A stretch of DNA of 38,332 bases from positions 1-38,332 of the forward strand of contig NW_021835790.1 in assembly GCF_006345805.1 (NCBI RefSeq), read 5' to 3'. The stretch is from Octopus sinensis (lineage: Eukaryota). How positions within the stretch are numbered: the stretch's first letter is position 1; each line of letters begins with the position of its first letter. The notes beneath the pieces are model-generated. The model made no database searches, was not told where the DNA came from, and saw only the letters and a list, made by a program, of their open reading frames with translations. Both the position numbers and the translations under genes were made by a program. Positions 34,132 through 38,332 of the stretch are shown here, piece after piece.

Positions 34132-35221
34132 TCAGGTTTGGTCAAAAGTTTTTCGGATTGCTTATTCGTTATTTTATAGTTTTGATAAGATAATAAGTAG
34201 TGAAAAAAATTGCAATTGGAGCTATTTCACGCTACTTGTAGATAAAAGAACTGTAGATAAAAGAACGTGTGATGCAAAACTGGTTCAGACGTTTCAAGGA
34301 AGATAACACCAACCTCGAAGAAAACATTAAGGTCAGGGGACCTTCTGTTGTGGAGGATGAGGCCTAGCTTGAAATGGTTGAACAACAGTCAAGCACAAGC
34401 ACTCATACATTGTCTGCAGATCTTCGTCTTTCACAAAGTGCTATCAATCGACACCTCTGTAAGTTCCCGACTTGTGAACAGACGCTACTCATGAGTTGAT
34501 CAATGACAAGGGTCTCAACGACATGTGAACATTTGCAAACAACTGCTGGAATAATCTTCGAGATCCCCATTTTTGGCGTCGACTTGTAACCTGAGATGAA
34601 AAATGGATCTATTTTCGTAAACCTAATACAAGAAGTCAGTGGCTTCGTTCCGACCAGACTTCAGAATCTGTTGTCAAACAACGATGGTTTGAACAGAATG
34701 TCATGTATGTTCGGTAGAATTTCGAGGGAGTGTTGCACTTGAGGCTTGTCTCAGATGGTGATGCTGTGAACGCTAACCTTTATACTCAACAACTACAGCT
34801 AGTATATGATGCTTTTAAAGCCCGCTACCCGGCATTGGTCAATCGAAGACGCACACTTCTACAGCATGACAATGTCCCAGCACATACTAGCAATGTGACT
34901 AAGCGCAAACTCGAGGAACTTGGGAGGCTGGAAGCGCTGCTTTACTCTGCTTACAGTTCAAACCTTGCACTCTCAGATTACTACCTTTTCCCAGCTATTG
35001 CTCATTTTCTGCACTTATGAAGTTGAAAATGGGTGCAGGGAGCTTTTTACCTCTATACCAGCGAATGGTATAAGCGCGGAATTGAGCTTCTGACACAGCG
35101 ATGGCAACAGACATTAGAATATGATGGGGTATATTTTGATGCACAAAAGCATTTCTTATGTAATTTGTTAGAACTATTAATTAAATTTTGAAATAAGAAA
35201 ACAACTTTTGACTCAACAGGA
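34132..35221 (+). mobile_element. mariner transposon, decayed, both TIRs present
   Basis: TA-flanked imperfect TIRs (TCAGGTTTGGTCAAAAGTT / AACTTTTGACTCAACAGGA); WFRRFK, VT*DEKWI, QHDN..H, YSSNLALSDY. Confidence 0.9.
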
Positions 35222-35316
35222 TAATATGAGACGAGAAATTGAAACGAAGGGGAATGAATAAAGTGAAAGGGAATGATAATTATTAATAACCGGCATTATG
35301 TACACACCTACACAGT

Positions 35317-35560
35317 GGAGGCGCGTGGCTTAGTGGTTAGGGTGTCAGCATCATGATCATAAGATTGCGGTTTCGATTTCTGAACCGCGCGGCGCGTTGT
35401 GTTCTTGAGCAAAACACTTCATTTCACGTTGCTCCAGTTCACTCAGCTGGCAAAAATGAGTAACGCTGCGATGGACCGGCGTCCCGTCCAGCTGGGGGAC
35501 ACATACGCCATTGAAACCGGAAAACCGGGCCCACGAGCCTGGCTAGGCTTTAAAAGGGCG
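35317..35560 (+). mobile_element. tRNA-derived SINE with CORE/Meta-like domain
   Basis: ggcgcgtggcttagtggttaggg head; gagcaaaacactt..gctccagttcactcag; gcgatggaccggcgtcccgtccag. Confidence 0.8.
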
Positions 35561-35576
35561 CATTTATTTTGTTTTT

Positions 35577-35991
35577 TTAGTATACCTCCACAAGTGTGCA
35601 TTCCTCTGCGAATTTCTTTCTTCATAAATTTCAGACAAATGGATACTTTTTAATGAAATTTTTCAATGAATTTTCAGATTATGTCTATTACGATTAAATC
35701 GAATTTAACGTGCACTCCAACCCCCAGAAAATGGTCGGCGTGCACACATCCATACTTACATCACAGGTATGTCTTCTAAATGTAAGCTGAAGTTATGGAA
35801 AACGTTATGTGATGTGCGTGAGTATATATGTGTGTACATAATCCAGTTTTATTTTTTACGTAAAAAAACCACATATTTGTAACCTACACAACATGAAAGG
35901 TACTTTTAGAAAATTTCATGAAAAAATACCCACTTCTCTATAAGTTATGACGAAACAAATTCGGCGGGCACATTTGTGTAGGTATACCTAA
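35577..35991. mobile_element. MITE with ~85-bp degenerate TIRs
   Basis: ttagtatacctccacaagtgtgc.. vs ..gcacatttgtgtaggtatacctaa, complementarity continuing to atgaaatttt/aaaatttcat. Confidence 0.75.
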
Positions 35992-36970
35992 TTCTATAGC
36001 AGGGAATTGACTTCTCATGAAACTCTATGTAACATATATTGTGTTTCCTGTATAATGTTATATTGTTAGGAACTACGGAATGAAGAATGTGGTTCGGTTG
36101 TAATAGTTTTGGAAGTTGCTTTATTTTTCATTTTGTTTGACATTATATGTGAATGAAACGAAAGATCGTCTTACACGTACATATATACATGAGCGCGCGG
36201 TATACGTACATACATACGTACGTATGTAAATCTGTCTGTCTGTCTGTCTGTCTGTTTATTTATCTACATCTACATGTGCTCATGTATACATCCATCCATC
36301 CTCATCCATAAATACACACGCACACACACGCGCACATTCACACACACACACGTACATACACACACACACACGTAAAACAACAGCAGAATCAGGTAGTAAA
36401 AAGCAGTAGATGTGTGTAAGCGTGTGCTTGTGTGTGTGTGTGTGTGTGTGTGTTGCGTGTGTGTGTGTGTGTGCGTGTTTGATTATGTGAAAGAAAGACA
36501 GAGTAGGAAGAGAATGATAGTCACATAGCCAGAAATGTCTCTTTTCAATGTGTTTGCACAAAGGGTTGCAGTGAAAGTGTGTGAGAAAGAGGGAGAAAAA
36601 GAGATATGATGAAAAGGGCGATAGAAGACAGGAAAAGAGAAAAGGAGGGAGAGAGAGAGAGAGCGAAGGAGAGAGGGAAAGAAAGAGGGAGAGGAAGAGA
36701 AGATGTGAATCAGTCAGTAAGTACCTTAAACTGATTTTGTTGATGATTTCATTATGTAACAGTTGTACTGAATGCGCGACATGTATAAGTCTGTGTGTTT
36801 GTGTGAGCATATGAGAAAGAGAAAGAGAAAGAGAGAGAGAGAGAGAGAGGTAGAGAGAAAAAGAAAGAGACAGAGAGTGAGAGAGAGAGAGAGAGCGAGA
36901 AAGAGAGAGAGACAAAGGGAGACCGTGGAGAGAGGACAGCAAATGTAATAAGAATGGCGAACGCTACGAT

Positions 36971-38110
<1,140 letters not shown>

Positions 38111-38332
38111 ATATATTTATATATATATATATTCCTTTTATTCTTTGTATATACACGTATGTACGTATTTATATCTATATCTCTATATACACACATTTAT
38201 ATAGGTTTATATAAGTGCTTGGATGCATATATACATATATATATGTATATATGTACACATATATATATAGATATGTATATATATATGTGTATGTGTGGTA
38301 TCAGAATATATACATATATATATATATATATA

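Overview
AT-rich eukaryotic genomic DNA made almost entirely of microsatellites and nested, mostly decayed transposable elements. The SINE families match those I recognise from octopus/cephalopod genomes (inference, not a database result). Recognisable content: tRNA-derived SINEs of at least three families; an RTE-clade LINE with a 5' inversion; several R4/Dong-type REL retrotransposons, four or five of them stacked in one (TAA)n array; piggyBac, Tc1, mariner, Tigger/pogo, Helitron/Helentron and MITE remnants; and Penelope-like (PLE) fragments. Most listed ORFs are microsatellite translation artefacts, and only one or two small host exons are plausible. The most notable signal is about ten hammerhead-ribozyme (HHR) or HHR-like motifs between 14.6 and 33.4 kb. 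They lie in several unrelated short non-coding elements, often inside (TA)n/(CA)n tracts, and two of these elements are 1.2-1.4-mer partial tandems. This suggests a family of non-autonomous, ribozyme-bearing PLE/retrozyme-like elements. All folds were derived by eye and boundaries of old elements are approximate.
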